A DNA stretch of 64,000 nt from Trichoplax adhaerens (taxonomy: Eukaryota > Animalia > Placozoa), in assembly GCF_000150275.1 (NCBI RefSeq), contig NW_002060965.1:434001-498000 (forward strand), in the 5' to 3' direction. Shown in pieces: positions 26,828 to 41,000 of this stretch. The notes below the pieces were generated by a model. That model worked only from the letters and a program-made list of their open reading frames with translations. It was not told the DNA's origin and ran no database searches. Position numbers and translations under genes: made by a program. How positions within the stretch are numbered: the stretch's first letter is position 1; every line of letters starts with the position of its first letter.

Positions 26828-28744
26828 TTCTGTAACAGAAAAGTTTTCATTTGAAATGTATAAGCATTTAGCCCTAAGGTTATAAACAATATAATACTAT
26901 TATGATATAGTTGAATGTATTTTATGTTAGAATAATGCCCACTTTACATAACCGTATCTAATTTAAACAATGCAATAGATGAATGTAAGATATCCATCTG
27001 GAGCAAAATACGAAATAGTTAGCTAGATTGAGCTGTGTCAAGCTTCTTCAATTTTGTAGATAGAAGCATTTAGACGGGTTGACAGCGCAATCGATTTCAT
27101 GATAACACACCAGGAAAAATCTATTGCTTGATCTTGAGCATTTACCAATTTTAAGTTTCAAGGATCAGACAACAGTGAATAAATTTATGAAGCTTGTAGC
27201 AGAGCTACAATGCTGTCGTACGTTATAATACTTAGCAGGTTAACATAGCAGCTGATTCTTCGTAATGTATAAGCGAATTATAGCAAACACGATCCTGTTT
27301 TGATCAGACGTTCGGTAAAGATGATTGAAATTTGAAATTCGCTAAACTTTGTACAACTGTTATTTATAATTATACTCCAGCCCTATTATAAGGCATGAAT
27401 ATCGCCCAGACTTAAATGGAGGCAGTTGACATTTATTTGTGATATATCTGTGGTTTTACTATTCAAATAAGCTATTTTGAAAAGCGAAAATTATGGGCAC
27501 ATCGGAACTAACGCAGTTTTATAGTACTTAAATCCCGAAATATATTCAAGTAATCAACACTGCTTCACATCAAAAGGAATATTAATTCGTGGATAAATTA
27601 CAGACTTTGCATTATTTTCATTTAGACAGTTAATTAATAATATTAATAAATAATTACATAATTACCGACGTGAAGGTAATTATTAACAGTACCATTATAA
27701 TTACACACTCGTATACGAAATATAATTGTTATTTTCATGAAGGAAATGCCTGGATTAGTACAACGGTAGGAGGTCAAACTCTTAAAACCTCATAATAAAA
27801 CACTATAGAAGCAGCTGTAGGTATAATAGTTGTACTGTAGATATGATTTCTATATAGTCGAAAAATCTTTAAAATTTATCCTAGCAATCAATTATTTATT
27901 ACAAGTGAAAGTATGACCAATGCGTGAATAATCTCAAACTTTTTACTTCTTCGGGTAGCCGCAGTTGCTAGCTTAAGCAATTATTTTAGAAAAAACAGAC
28001 TCTAAGTATAACTGCAAACAACAAGGTCTGCATATGCGCCAAAGCTAGGATCTGTGTTTTCAGTAGCCATGATACCTGATTACAGGCAGTCATTATAGTT
28101 TCGTTCCAACAAAAGTAACTAACTGTGGAATTATCGGAAGTGAAGAATTTAATACTTATATCGGTGCACAGTTTACGATTTGGTTTCCATCATAAAGCTA
28201 TACATCTCTTTGCTTGATTATACTGTAATCTACAAGTTTAATGTTATTATTGTTGCAAATTTGACTAAGGTACTGCATAAACCCTTACAGTACAAGCATT
28301 TAAAATTGTAAAACGTAAAAATTGCACCCACTGACTGCACGAATCAGCCAGCAAACTGAAATTTTAAACTAAAGCACGATGGAACGATTCACAGCAGTCC
28401 TCGGTATAAGTATGATCATTTATTCCTTTAAGATTAAAAGTATAATACACTAGAATAACAATAATATACCTGAATATTAATGGTTATAATTATTTATAAA
28501 AGTAAGGTAGCAAGAAACGCTAATTCATGCGTGTATAAACGAGATTGTACTCTTAACACTTACTTAAATGCATTAGAAAACAACCGTTACATCAACATCG
28601 TATTCTAATTATAGAGCGATTTTTCAGTTATGCTAATCTACAGACAACCAGACGATTTATTTAGGTAGTAGATCATCTCGAAGATAAATGATATCAATGA
28701 TTTCTAATGTTACGATGACGTTGCATATCAATAAAACGCAAAAA

Positions 28745-31700
28745 TTAATCTGCCCCTTCTTCCGTGTTCTCCTGGTTTTCGTCGGTATTATTGGACAGTA
28801 GACATTGTTTAAATTTTTGTAAGGCTTTAAGGCATATTTTATCGTTTACAACTTCAAGCGCTTCCAATACCAAGTCAGTTAATATTTTAACATTTGGCGA
28901 ATTTAATTTATCAATTGAAAGCGAATTAAGCATTTTACACCACACGCGAAGTAAGGGTCCTTCGTGGTCAGATAAAATCTCGTTACAAATCTTAACAGCC
29001 AGATCGTCATGGACATTCACCAGATTTTCTATTGTCCGCTTTTCCTTTTGATGTTCCTGATTAGCTTGGAAAATGTGTAATGACGTCAAATGTGTCACTA
29101 ACTCTGCAACATTATTCGCATCAATATCTCGTAAAGCAGAATCATCAGGGGCATCAGCAATTGTGTGCAATGTAGGAAAGAATGCATCCAGTAGACATTG
29201 CTGATTTTCATTGCTATTTAGAGCGAAGGCTTGAAAGAAAACACCTAAGCAATGTCTTAGATGTAAGTCGTCCTCGGACGTTGGACTATACCACAGTAAC
29301 AGTAACCTTGAGATCAGCTTCGGACTAGATAATCGACCCGATAGAAGTAATTTGGCAAATCCCTCGGCTGCTACTTGTCTTATTTCGCCCAGTTCATTAT
29401 CTAAGAAACTTGTTAGAATCGCTAACAATTTACTGGAGGTATTGAGGTTATTCTCGTCTCCATTTTGTTGGTTACCGTCCGAAGTTTGTTCTGTGTCACT
29501 TTCGCTGCATATCTTAAATCCAAAAACATGTAGCAAGTCAAAGACAGCCTTCAGTGCCACTAGCCTCACTTCTAATTGATCTACTTGCATGATCTGTAGG
29601 AATAATATTAATTGAATGCGAGCCCGTTCCTTGTTAATGATGCTACACACACTAAGGCACTCAACAGCAACCTTGCGAATAACTGGATCTTCATTTTGTA
29701 CACTGGGCAATATCAAAGAATCCATTAGATCGTTAATAATTGGATGTACAGATGTCGATATTTCTGTTACATTTGCAAGCATTTCTTTAAATATCGACAG
29801 ACAACGATAGACAACTTCATTTTCATCTTGAGCTATAACTGTTTCAAACTCCGTAGCTTCGCAATCATCTTTCAATTGTGATTTCTGTTCCTCCAGTTCT
29901 TGTATCGATGATTTTATTTCACCTGCTGAGCTGAAATCTTCTTCAGCTACACATTCTTCTAATTTCTCTTTTAGTTCATTTATTTTAACTCGTAAACGTG
30001 CAATCTTGAGTTCCATTTGTCGGATTTCCTCTTTAGAATATTTCAATCTTGTAGAAACCAGAGGTTGACGAATATCAGATATGACTTCAGTAATTTCGGA
30101 AACATAATTTTTACAATCTGGTGATAGCTTCTGATATTGTTCCATCACAACAGGTAGTAGAGTTGGTAGTGAATTAAGTGCCATCATTTGCTCTTTTAAA
30201 AGTTTGCGAAAGTTCTTCCTGCCAACTTCATCAGTTAAATCCATTACTCCAGCAAGCATTAGTAACTGTTCCAATATGAATGCACGAGTTATAGTGGATT
30301 CTTCATCTTGCTTATCATACGGTAAAGCAATAAACCTTTTAATATATTCGCAAAATACCGATAATTCTGGTAGTATTTTATCTAAGTATTCCTCGCCATG
30401 ATTCTCGATACTATTTAAATGCTGTGTTAAACAGCGCCAATAAAGAACTATTTCACTAGTTACAGAGTCTTCTTTGGGGACCTTAGCTCTACCATAAACA
30501 ACGACATTAGCATCATTGCTGACAAGTGGAGCGATTAAATCTTCCAATGGAATATCCATAAAGAGCATATTTAACACAGATTGAATTGTCTTTGTGGCAT
30601 TTTCAACGTCTAAATGTTGTAATAGTACTAGGACATTACTGCCTAAACTCACTAACCAATTTGTCAATAGTTTACCCTTGCAGATGAGTTGGATACCTTT
30701 CGATCTATCTTTTAGGCCATTTTCTAATAAATCTAGTCGTTGATTAATTGTCAACGATTTAATACCCACTCTTTCAGCTAAGACTTGATAGGCGACACGT
30801 CGTACACTTTCCTTGATATCTTTAGTACGTTCAATAATTTCGGGTAAAGTAAGAGCATTGATTGCAATATTGGCAAGCACAGCACGGCGAACTTCGGCAC
30901 TGGAATCCTTGCTAATTAATTCAATATATTTTTTGATCACTATACAGTCTTCATCGGTTGGATCTTGTAGACGAGCAACTGCACGAACTGCTTGAATGCG
31001 TACAGCGGGTACTTTATCGTAAAGTCTTTCAAGCATGGCTTCGTATATTAAGTTATACAAATCATCATCAATTTGCGCATCTTCACTTAAATTATTGAGT
31101 AATTTGCAGACTAGTTGACAAGATCGATAGCGTATTCCACGATCCTGAGCTTGATTAATTGATAATAAAAACTGTAGTAAAAATATCATAAACTGATTGC
31201 TTCGCTCTTGTATTGCAGTTTGATCATCGTCATTTTCGTAGTCGCCGACTGTTTCAGTAGCAAATCTGGCAATAAAATCGATTAGTCTTTCAACAGCGGC
31301 TTCTTGCTTGAAAACGATTAAAATATGGCGTAAAGCAGCAACAAAATCTTGACAAAATTCTTCATATCCGTCGTCTCTTAGCTATAAAAGTATAGTAGTT
31401 TACAAAGTAAGTTAAAATTGTTAGTATAACAAGTTTTAATTTTAATTTATTTGTAAAGATGCCATCGTAAATCATTATCAAGGATAGAAGATCAAGTACG
31501 CTCTGGAATTTTTACGATTTATTCTTGCCGACTGGTTTACTAAGGTAATCAATGTTCTTTACTAATATTTAAATGTTATTCTTTCAATGATCAATGATGA
31601 GACAGTAATAGCAGGTAGAGTACTTTTAGTTGTATCTACTAGTAGATCTAAAACCAGTCACAATTCTTTCCAACCTGACTATTGCAAGAATTCTATATCT

Positions 31701-31796
31701 ACAACTTACTTCTCTCATTTGTTCCAGTAATCGAGGATGGCTATGAATACCACGTTGGGCTTCATTAAAACATTCCACTACGGTAGAACTTGCCAT
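28745..31796 (-). CDS. NCAPG: Condensin I complex subunit G (HEAT repeats, Cnd3 domain), 907 aa, two coding exons
   Basis: Exon 31796-31710 (MASSTVVECFNEAQRG...MRE) plus exon 31381-28745. Motifs include FKQEAAVERLIDFIARF, RLYDKVPAVRIQAVRAVARLQDP, DSSAEVRRAVL, AAEGFAKLLLSGR and LRHCLGVFF. Confidence 0.95.
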
Positions 31797-31909
31797 TTTT
31801 CTTTTCTTACTTTATTAATAATGTTTGTCCAATGAGGATGGATACACGTTTCCCTGCTCGTGGATGGAATATTCAATGAATGAGTAAAAGAATCAAGAAT
31901 AGAAGTTGC

Positions 31910-32323
31910 TTCAATGTATTTCAATATAACAGTACAGTAAGACTGTGAGTACAGCCAAATGTTGACCAACTTTTCTTCTATCTCAATAGTAACAACTAGG
32001 TACAATGTTCAATAGCAAACTACCTATACATGTTGTCTCCAACTGGCAAAGACAAATTTCTCTACTACCGTGTTAGACAGTGGTACAAACTTCAATGTAT
32101 TTCAATATAGCAGTACAGTAAGGCTGTGAGTACAGCCAAAATGTTGACCAACTTTTCTTCTATCTCAATGGTAACAACTAGGTACAAAGTTCAATAGCAC
32201 AATAGCAATACATGTTGTCTCCATATGGCAAAGATTGATTGCAAACTCTGATCTACTATAAACTGCGTTAGATTGATTTACAGACAAATTTCTCTACTAC
32301 CATGTTAGACAGTGGTGCAAACT
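31910..32323. repeat. Tandem duplication of ~180 bp (second copy carries a ~50-bp insertion)
   Basis: CTTCAATGTATTT...CAGTACAGTAAG...TCTCTACTACC...GTTAGACAGTGGT occurs from about 31910 and again from about 32090. Confidence 0.9.
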
Positions 32324-32747
32324 TGAGCGCTTTAGGATTATTCTACTCTTTAATCTTTAACATACTCGCATGGTAGGGCATGTAGTATAGAAGTAGCAAG
32401 AAACGACAAGATATGCAGGAACTACTCCGAGAAAAGACACAGGCGACACTGATACAGTTTGCATTTTCATTTTACAACGTGAATTTTACTGGCAGTGGAT
32501 TGACGCATGATGAAAGACGTTACCACTGCAACATCTACTCAATTACGATAGCAATGTCATGTTCTCATTTATTGTATCTTTCAACCTTACCTAGAACAAT
32601 TCTAATGGATGCTCGTCTATCTAAGAAGAAGAAGGAAATGATTTGGCGTTGCAAGGCAAAGGCTAATGGCGACGATGAACAGGCATAAACTGTAATGGAC
32701 GTTTTGGGTCAAGTGAAGTCAAGCGTCAACGTACGACTGCACACATC

Positions 32748-32795
32748 AACCGTTTTTCTATTGAAAAGAATTTCAGATTTAAACTGACCGCCAAT
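32748..32795 (-). promoter_or_regulatory. Putative NCAPG promoter (MYB-like AACGG, CHR-like TTTAAA, CCAAT)
   Basis: AACCGTT at 32748-32754, TTTAAA at 32778-32783 and CCAAT at 32791-32795; a candidate 5'UTR donor (minus-strand GTAAGG) at 32590. Confidence 0.35.
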
Positions 32796-32910
32796 AAACA
32801 ATAGGTAGACGAGACGCGTTTGCGCAGAACGTCCACTGGAGTAGGTTCAGTTGACTTGTCGTAGCGTCCAGCACAATATATAGTGCTGTAACCTACAGTA
32901 CTGTACTGTA

Positions 32911-33217
32911 CAGTAGACCCTTCAAATTTTGACTAAATGCTTTGAAATCCCTATGCTGAAACGTCTTAAGGTTAGGGTTAGGGGTTAGTAAGGGGGTCTT
33001 AAAACGATGGTATTCCCTTAATGTCAGGTCGAACTAGAACTCATCTACAAAATTGCAGCTAATTCTATCAAGATAAACACCCTAACTAACCACCCTAAAT
33101 CTTGATACAATTAGCTGCAATGTTGCAGATGAGTTCTAGTAAGGGAAAACCATCGTTTGAGATGTTTCACCATAGGGATGAATTCTAAACATTTAGTCCA
33201 AATCTGAAGGTCTACTG
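32911..33217. mobile_element. Foldback/MITE-like element (CAGTAGACC...GGTCTACTG) with telomere-like repeats
   Basis: The two arms are imperfect reverse complements along almost their whole length up to a 24-nt loop (33075-33098). The element is preceded by TA. A TTAGGG-like insert lies at 32966-32996 and the loop is CCCTAA-like. Confidence 0.8.
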
Positions 33218-33778
33218 TGCATGTCTAATGAACCGGAATTTACTCAAGAAATAAAAATTAAAACCATTCAAATCATGGAGTATTATACAAATAATTTTCT
33301 AAATATTATTTCTACTAGTAAATTTGTAAGTTGAACTGCACCTAAGCTGCACTGCTTGCCAGTTTGTATTTTCAATTTTATCGACTGTAGTAGTGTCATA
33401 TCAGGTAGGATAAATTCCATATTAATGTTATAAAAGGAAAGGATGGAAAATACTCGTCGTATGCAAGGCTGCTGATCTCTGTCTCCTAGCAGCACTTCAT
33501 CTAGGCTGTTTTCAATTTTGCCTACTGCAGTTTAATAATGTCATATTCATACTCTAAAAATAAAAAGGATGAAAATAGTATGCAAAAGTGCTGATATCAG
33601 CCACATTATTATACTACGTACAGTACATTGTGATCCGAATTGAATACGGTCATATTGATATACAGTATGAGCACACTGAATTTTACTTCAGTATGGTGCT
33701 GTTTACATTAGGCTAGCATCAGTATCAGGAAGCTGTCAAGGGAAACAGTTTCAAACGGTTCTATTGACCCATTATTAG

Positions 33779-33858
33779 CTAACTCTACGCTACTCATTCT
33801 CTAAATTATACTTGTTTCAAGAGCACTTCTGAGTAGGCATGGCGTAGCGTAGAGTTAG
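33779..33858. repeat. 15-bp perfect inverted repeat
   Basis: CTAACTCTACGCTAC (33779-33793) pairs with GTAGCGTAGAGTTAG (33844-33858). Confidence 0.75.
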
Positions 33859-34219
33859 TTACTTAATTGCGCTGCAGTGGATTCTACTGCGCTGTAGTCG
33901 AGGCCCTCAATTCGAGCCTATAAGGATCATTTTAAGGTCTCTACTGCACTGTACTGTGTTGTATCATTGACAGTAAAGTCATTGATCTTATTTTAAAGTA
34001 TCTGGGATCGCAACGTCGTCAAGTTTTGCACACGGTGTTCAATCACTGTTCCTAGTTCATTGAGGCGAAAACTACAGCCAAATTTCGTTTGGTATTCTCT
34101 ACTACAAGCATGCACTACTCTATCGTGCCCTTCCATAGCTAGTTTGGCTTGATAACGGCTCCAATAGCTTACATCCCTGTCATAACGTTTCAAATGATCA
34201 ACATAACAAATAACAGGTA

Positions 34220-34256
34220 GTAAACAAACGGATAACTTATTCTTCACCATGACAAC
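34220..34256. promoter_or_regulatory. Forkhead (FOXJ1-like) plus X-box composite upstream of CCDC33
   Basis: GTAAACAAAC at 34220-34229 and TTCACCATGACAAC (reverse complement GTTGTCATGGTGAA) at 34243-34256. Confidence 0.45.
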
Positions 34257-35015
34257 CGCGACAGCAATGGGTAGGGCATCTACTATACTACCTATGGCTA
34301 GTAACTACTGCTGCGGATCTCTATTAAGTTAAAATATAGTTCCACGGCAGAGATTGAATCATAAAAATAGAGTGGATGATGATAGAATTCATTGTCTGTC
34401 AATAATGGAATACTATCAATGCACAATATCAACTTGGGTAATCACAATCAGGCTGAAGAATCTTGCTTGATACACTTATACTGTATTACTACTCCAAGTA
34501 GTCAAATTGTTATACAGTTAATAATCATGCTATCATTTATTCAACATGTTAAAAAATCACTTGTGTACTGTATAGAATATAGAGGTAACAAAGTAGAGAT
34601 TGCATTACCATTACAATACACTGATTTGGATCGAATATTATCGTCATCTCATCCAATCTCGAAGCAATCTCATCGGCTTTAGTAACGAGGACATTTAGTT
34701 CAAGTTTGCAGATTATATCATTTATCTAGTGATTTTCCGCCATTATGATCATATTGATCCATATCTGATATCGACAGCCCTGATACACTAGATTAATTAA
34801 ACTCTATGTAAAATAAATACGTACGACGCACTACTTTATTAACTCACCGGATGACGAGTTCAAACGCCCACTATTATTACCAACAGACTAGGGACGATTC
34901 TAACATAATGTGGCCATAGATTATCGTTGTATCGATTGATTTAGATAAAGATTTAAATCTAGAATTTTAAAAATATTGACCGATAAAGCTATAATAATAC
35001 AAGCAGTGTAGAAAG

Positions 35016-38000
35016 ATGGAATTTGGTGCCGTTCAAGCCTTTGCTAATTCAATTGATTTCAACATTCAAATACAACAAGTTCAACTTAGCGATTCTGGTA
35101 ATTACAATGTAACATTTACTCTAGATGGACAAGGTTCAGATACTGTTATCATCACCAGCGATTCCGGTGGATCTAAAGCATTTGGAAAAGTTACTACCGA
35201 TACTCAGCAACTTGATACTCAAGGAATCGCCAAGTTTACCAATTGTAGTTTTAATTTTGCTATCCCTCAAGGTAAATCAACTTTTATAAAAATCTTGATC
35301 TAACTGAGAATTAGCTTTTGTGTATCAAGAAGCCTATCATCTTACTTATGACTACTAATACCTCAATATCTGTTAGCTAATAGTATAAATTTTTCTTCTA
35401 TCTCCTTCAATCTACTAATCACTATGTCCTAATTCTTATACTATAGATTTTACAAAACGGCAAGAAATAAAACTTGTTATTACCGTTAATCGAGAACTTA
35501 ACCAAGACGAACACGATACATCAGAAACACTGTACGCCCAAGGCGATTTTAAAATTTATCCACGCCAGAGAAATGATGTTGATGCTGATAAATATTATCA
35601 AATACAAGAGTAAGATAATTAACTCAAATGACTTAAATGAACACTTAAAATAATTACTTGACAGCTATATAATGTCATTTATACTTACTATACAAGTATT
35701 GTTCTGCTTGGTCTATGTTAATATGTACAGTATTTCACTGATTTATTACCTACAGCTAATCTTTATTCTTAAAATAGTAACAATATTACAGTACTTTATT
35801 CAACCGAGAGAAACCGCAAATAAAACATTTATCGGTAGACTCATCTTCTAGCAATCAAATACTGTAAATTAAAGTCTAATGACTCTATCAAAGGATATAC
35901 TTTAATTAATCACTGCATCGTGCCAATTTAAATCAATGAAGTAGGTTAAAGTAATTTCTAGTTTCACTCAATAATTTCATAGAAATTTTTAATTATTTTA
36001 AAGCATCCGTAATATCTACAACTGCTTAAATCCTCTTATCTTGCTTTAACTAATTTTTATCCATTTAATACACGTTAAATGCAAGTAAACCTTCAGCTTT
36101 CAACTTAAAATGTATAAAGTACTTTATTTTCATCGTCTGCATCAGTGACCACAAAATATTTATAATAATTCATAGGGAAATTCAACTATACAGTACCGCT
36201 GCTGCAAGTAGTAACAGTACACCACAAAATGTAGGTAAACTCAGTATGATGGCCTCGCTAAAAGGTGAACTTCCAAAAGTTGAAGACCAATCGAAACAAT
36301 CATCACCTATACCCGACACTGTACCCGATACTGTCCAGGATGAACATAAAGCAGAACCTTCACAAAATGCAACGACTCCGGTACCTCATCAAGCGAGAAA
36401 GGTTGTATCTTAAACATTACACTAGGAAAAACCAACTATATCATTCTATAGTCTTAATCTGTGTTAAATATCTTCATATTTAGTAATATATTTAAAGTCC
36501 ATATTTACATCTTCATCCATCCATGCTAGCTCTTTCTTAACTTTTGATAACTCAATTGTAGGTTTCAGAAAGTCCTCTACCTCTAAATCAAAGTAGTATT
36601 CTACACCTAGCTAGCCAAAAGGTAGTAGACAGCAAGAAAGAGTATATACTGGCTCGCATTTATTGTGCCACAAATGTTTCAAATGCATCAACTGGTCAGC
36701 CCCAGCCTTATGTATTAGGGTATGTACTATATCTCATTCATGTTTTCTTTACACGTATTGATTGATTTTTTTAATTTTGTGTTTTCTGTACTAATAATAT
36801 AGAAAATACGGACATCAAAGTGCAGTTACCAAAGCTACTATGACAACAACAAATACCCCATTTTGGAATGAAGTTTTGGTGATTGAAGAGAACTTACAAT
36901 CACAAGAAGATGAAGGTTAGTATATACCACTACTCGTTAACTATACTATAATGAATTATCCAATATTTTAATCTTCAGTTCATTCTCTTTTATCTAAAGA
37001 TAAAAGTTAGCATATACTCGTCTACTATACTATAAATAACTATTTATTACTTTAATCTACACTACTTTGCTTATCTGATATAGCCCACTATGCTATTATA
37101 TAGTAATAGCATTAAAAAATTGAAGAATGAGCTGAACAATATCACTTATGTGTATGAATTCAAGATCAAAATGATCGTTAATTCTGACCAAATTTCATTC
37201 ATTTCCTCTATCTGTATAGTTTTAAATTTGAGTATCATCGACGGTAATTCCAAAGAATTATTGGATGAATATCTCATACCCATGGTGCATTTCTCTCCCA
37301 TGCGATCCTATCATTTAGAACTTGTACAAGTAAATCTAATATATTACTAAAATATGGTTTTAATAGCCAATACGAAATAGAGTAGGATTTGTACTGTTGT
37401 TATTTACTAATGTACGTACATTTGTCCTCGCTCTTGATGCAATATTTATAGCCGTCTGAGGTATCCTCTTCTGAAACACGTTTTTATGTCACTTTAATCA
37501 AGAAACCTGCTGATTTACCTCAGCAATTATTTCAACACAATAATTACGGACTAGAGGTAAAACAATAGTAATCTACTAATACTATCACAATCGATAATGC
37601 TAGATATTATTTTAAGTGAAATTTCCGGCGTGATCATTCTAAATTGCTATAAACTTCCTTTTTTAGATCCAGTTAAACGGTTTTGACAGCGATCCAAGTC
37701 ATCCAGTATTCTCTGTCGTTAGGCTTTTACCAGACTGCCAAAACTACCTGTATGGACTTGCCTGCTAATTATAATTATAATCATTGGTGTAAAGTATTAG
37801 AAAATTATAGTATTGATATATTTTATTTATTCACATGTTAGGGATTCTACGTTAAAGAGCAAACCACGACAAGCGTATTTTTCGTTTACAACCCTTCAAT
37901 TTCCATCACCTCATCCTTCATCTTTAGCTTCTATAATCCCCCAACACAATATACCACCACAAGTAAACTGCGCAAAAACTGTCGATTACTTCATCTTAAA

Positions 38001-41000
38001 GATATAGCTCTGTTCCAATAATACTTTAACAAAATCGATATATAGATTTATATGGTAGTACTTTGGGCTCGATCACATCTTCTATTAAAAAAAGATAGGA
38101 TTATTTCATATCTAAGATCTAGCTACGATTGTAGTATTCTCTGAATTTCGAATGAATTTGATATCTAATTTTATTTACACCTATTTTATGACTTAGATTT
38201 CCTCATCTATTAAGGAAGAAGGGAAAATGTCGGAAAATGAAATACCCCAAGTTACATTCTACTCCGAAACTGAAGAAATATCATCAGACTCTACAGGAGT
38301 TATAATAGAGTTTTATTCTGTTGCTGAAAGTAAGTTTTTACCACGATGAAACGTAAAAGAAATGCACTTTGATCAATCTAATGACGTACGTATACAATAA
38401 CCTAACAAACAAATTTTATCCAACTGTGCTTCACTTCTATAGCATTAAAAGAAACTTGTTTCGATGTTAGCCAACCTTTCGCTTACTGCTTTCTTGACGT
38501 AAATCAAGATTTACTGAAGTTATCACAGTCCGATACTGTAACTAAAACTTTACCTATTCAAGTAAGTTATTGTAACAATCAATTTCTTAACAATTCAACT
38601 CGTATATCATCCGTTTATGAGATGATTGAATATTTTCTGGCAAAGGGAGCTGAAAGTGAACTAAGTTTCGGACCATATCCCCCGCAACAAATTAAAATTA
38701 CAGCGAAGTTATTTTCGAAACAGGTACGATTTTTATATTTAATTTACTCGAAAAAGGCTTACACTTATGCTTTACATAATATTCAAAGGTAGGAACTCTA
38801 CCATAATGTATAAATAATTAGTTTACAATATCATGTTACAGCTACTCTAAACGGTATAAAATTTTAGTGTAATGCACAAAGAAGTAATTGGCATAAATCA
38901 TGCAGTAGACTGAAAGAGAATTTAGTGGACTATGATCATATTATAATAATGTTTATCTATAATAATTTTATTTATAATCGCAAACGGAAAATGCTGCTAA
39001 AACTCCTGCTCAGGATACTCAACCATCGCCAATAGTATCGTCTTCACCTTCTCAACAACCACAAAGAGATGACGGAAATGACCAAGAAGCTAGACCGTTA
39101 AGTTCAGCTAATAGAAGCCACAGTCGTGAAAGATCGCCTGCGGGAAATAGGAATTTCTTTCCTTCATCCGCTAAACAAGAAAGACCAGTACAATCTCCAG
39201 CAAGAAGTGATAGGCTTTCACCTTTACCAATAACGCCATATGTTAGATCAAGCATCCAGGTATAGCCAGCGTAGTAGTATCGTTCAGGAATAGTATTTTC
39301 CCCTGTGAATTACGGATGTTTGCTAAATGAATATAATTATAAATGGAAAAATAGATAATGTAGCTAGTTGTAATAATGTAGTGTGTGAGCAAATATTACA
39401 AGAATTACGCATATATGTAAATGATTCAATTATTGACGATAAGGACCCTACCAAAAAGGAAGTTGACGAATTAAAAGAGCAGCTTAATGCCTTGAAAGAT
39501 GAATTAAATGATGTAAAGGTTAGCCTTTGAACAGATTTAGAGATGGATTATTACTCTTTAATTTTAGAAACCAGTTCTTTCTACATTATTCACAAACATT
39601 AGAACATTCACTTGGCAGAATCTATCTTGATCCAATTAAATCTTACTAATATATGGTTTTATATAAATGATCTTAAATCATTCCTATTCTAGATTTTAAA
39701 TCTGTATTTACGGTATTAGCGTAAAGTAACAATATGTCTTGCAATATTTCAGGATGAGAATAAAAAATTACGTCGGAAATTAGCTAATAATCATGATGGC
39801 TCCGGCCTTATCGACGAGGACTATGTAGGTGATGTGCCACATGACGAACTTGTACAAGAATATGGTAAATTGTTAGCGTTAAGTTCAATATTTAACGTCC
39901 TGAATATAGCAAAATACAGTAGCCTGACCCTATGTTTACTTAAACAGTTGCATTACAACAAAAGTATATGGTGGAAGGGATTCAATGTCGTGAATTTCAA
40001 GCAAAAGTGCAAGATTTACAAAATACATTAATCAAGGTAATATTCGTACATGTTGGTGTTTTAACCTACAAAAATTGGTTAATACTGTCTACAGAATCAT
40101 AAATCCAACTCAAGGATATTAATTCATTCTCTTTTTTCTTGCCTATTGATAGAAAAATGATAATGAAAAACATTATATTCTTATGGAAAAGTCCTATCAA
40201 CTTCAGCAGAAAGAATTACAGAAATTACAAGTACTTACTACTTTAAATTAAATCTTCTGTACTCTCATTAGTTGATCACTCTATTATTAAACTATACGTA
40301 CTAGGACAAAGTCAGAATTGTTCAAAAATGGAAGGATACATGCCGAAATCAGGAAAAGGTAATTGTAGCTACAGTTCCTATCGACAGACAAGGATATTTC
40401 AGTATTCAGCATGACTCTTCAAGCGTAATATGAGATAAATCTAGTACTTTTATTAGTGTGATGGATATGTTTGATAGGAAATATTATGTAATAGTAAATT
40501 TATTATATACTGCATACGTTGTTCTACTCCGTTCTTGTAGTCCCTAAATTTTCATTAAGGCAATTATATGATCATCAACATACTTTATATGCTCTAGTAA
40601 AGTAATATAAACATGGATAAATACTACAATAGTAATTGAACTTCTATAGGAAATAGAGTAATTAAACTTTGGAACCTTAAACTCTATATACAAGTGCTAA
40701 CTGAATGAATGTAAATTATAGGACACTGTCTCAAACGAATCCGCTAAAAATCTTGCCACACTTTTATTTTACATTTGAGCTCTTTTTTCTGCATAACTAT
40801 GCGTATTATATATAATAATTTAATTATTAGACACTTAATCCTTTTAAATGCCCGAAAAACCTTCACTAACTCGGAATTTGTGCAGAAATCCCTTAATTTA
40901 TTCGTTCCTAAATTATGTGTTGCATGAAAAGTTCCTGTAAACATCAATCGAATTTGTTACATAAGAATTTAAACTACTATAGCTAGCATATAAAGACATA

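Noticed and set aside
28764-30995. Plus-strand ORFs overlapping NCAPG
   Set aside because: Antisense shadows of the long coding exon.
32966-32996. True telomere or chromosome fusion point
   Set aside because: Only a few imperfect units, embedded in a foldback element between ordinary genes.
37461-37468. GTATCCTC as a U12 donor in CCDC33
   Set aside because: It lies inside an open exon (PSEVSSSETRFYVTL) that continues with homology.
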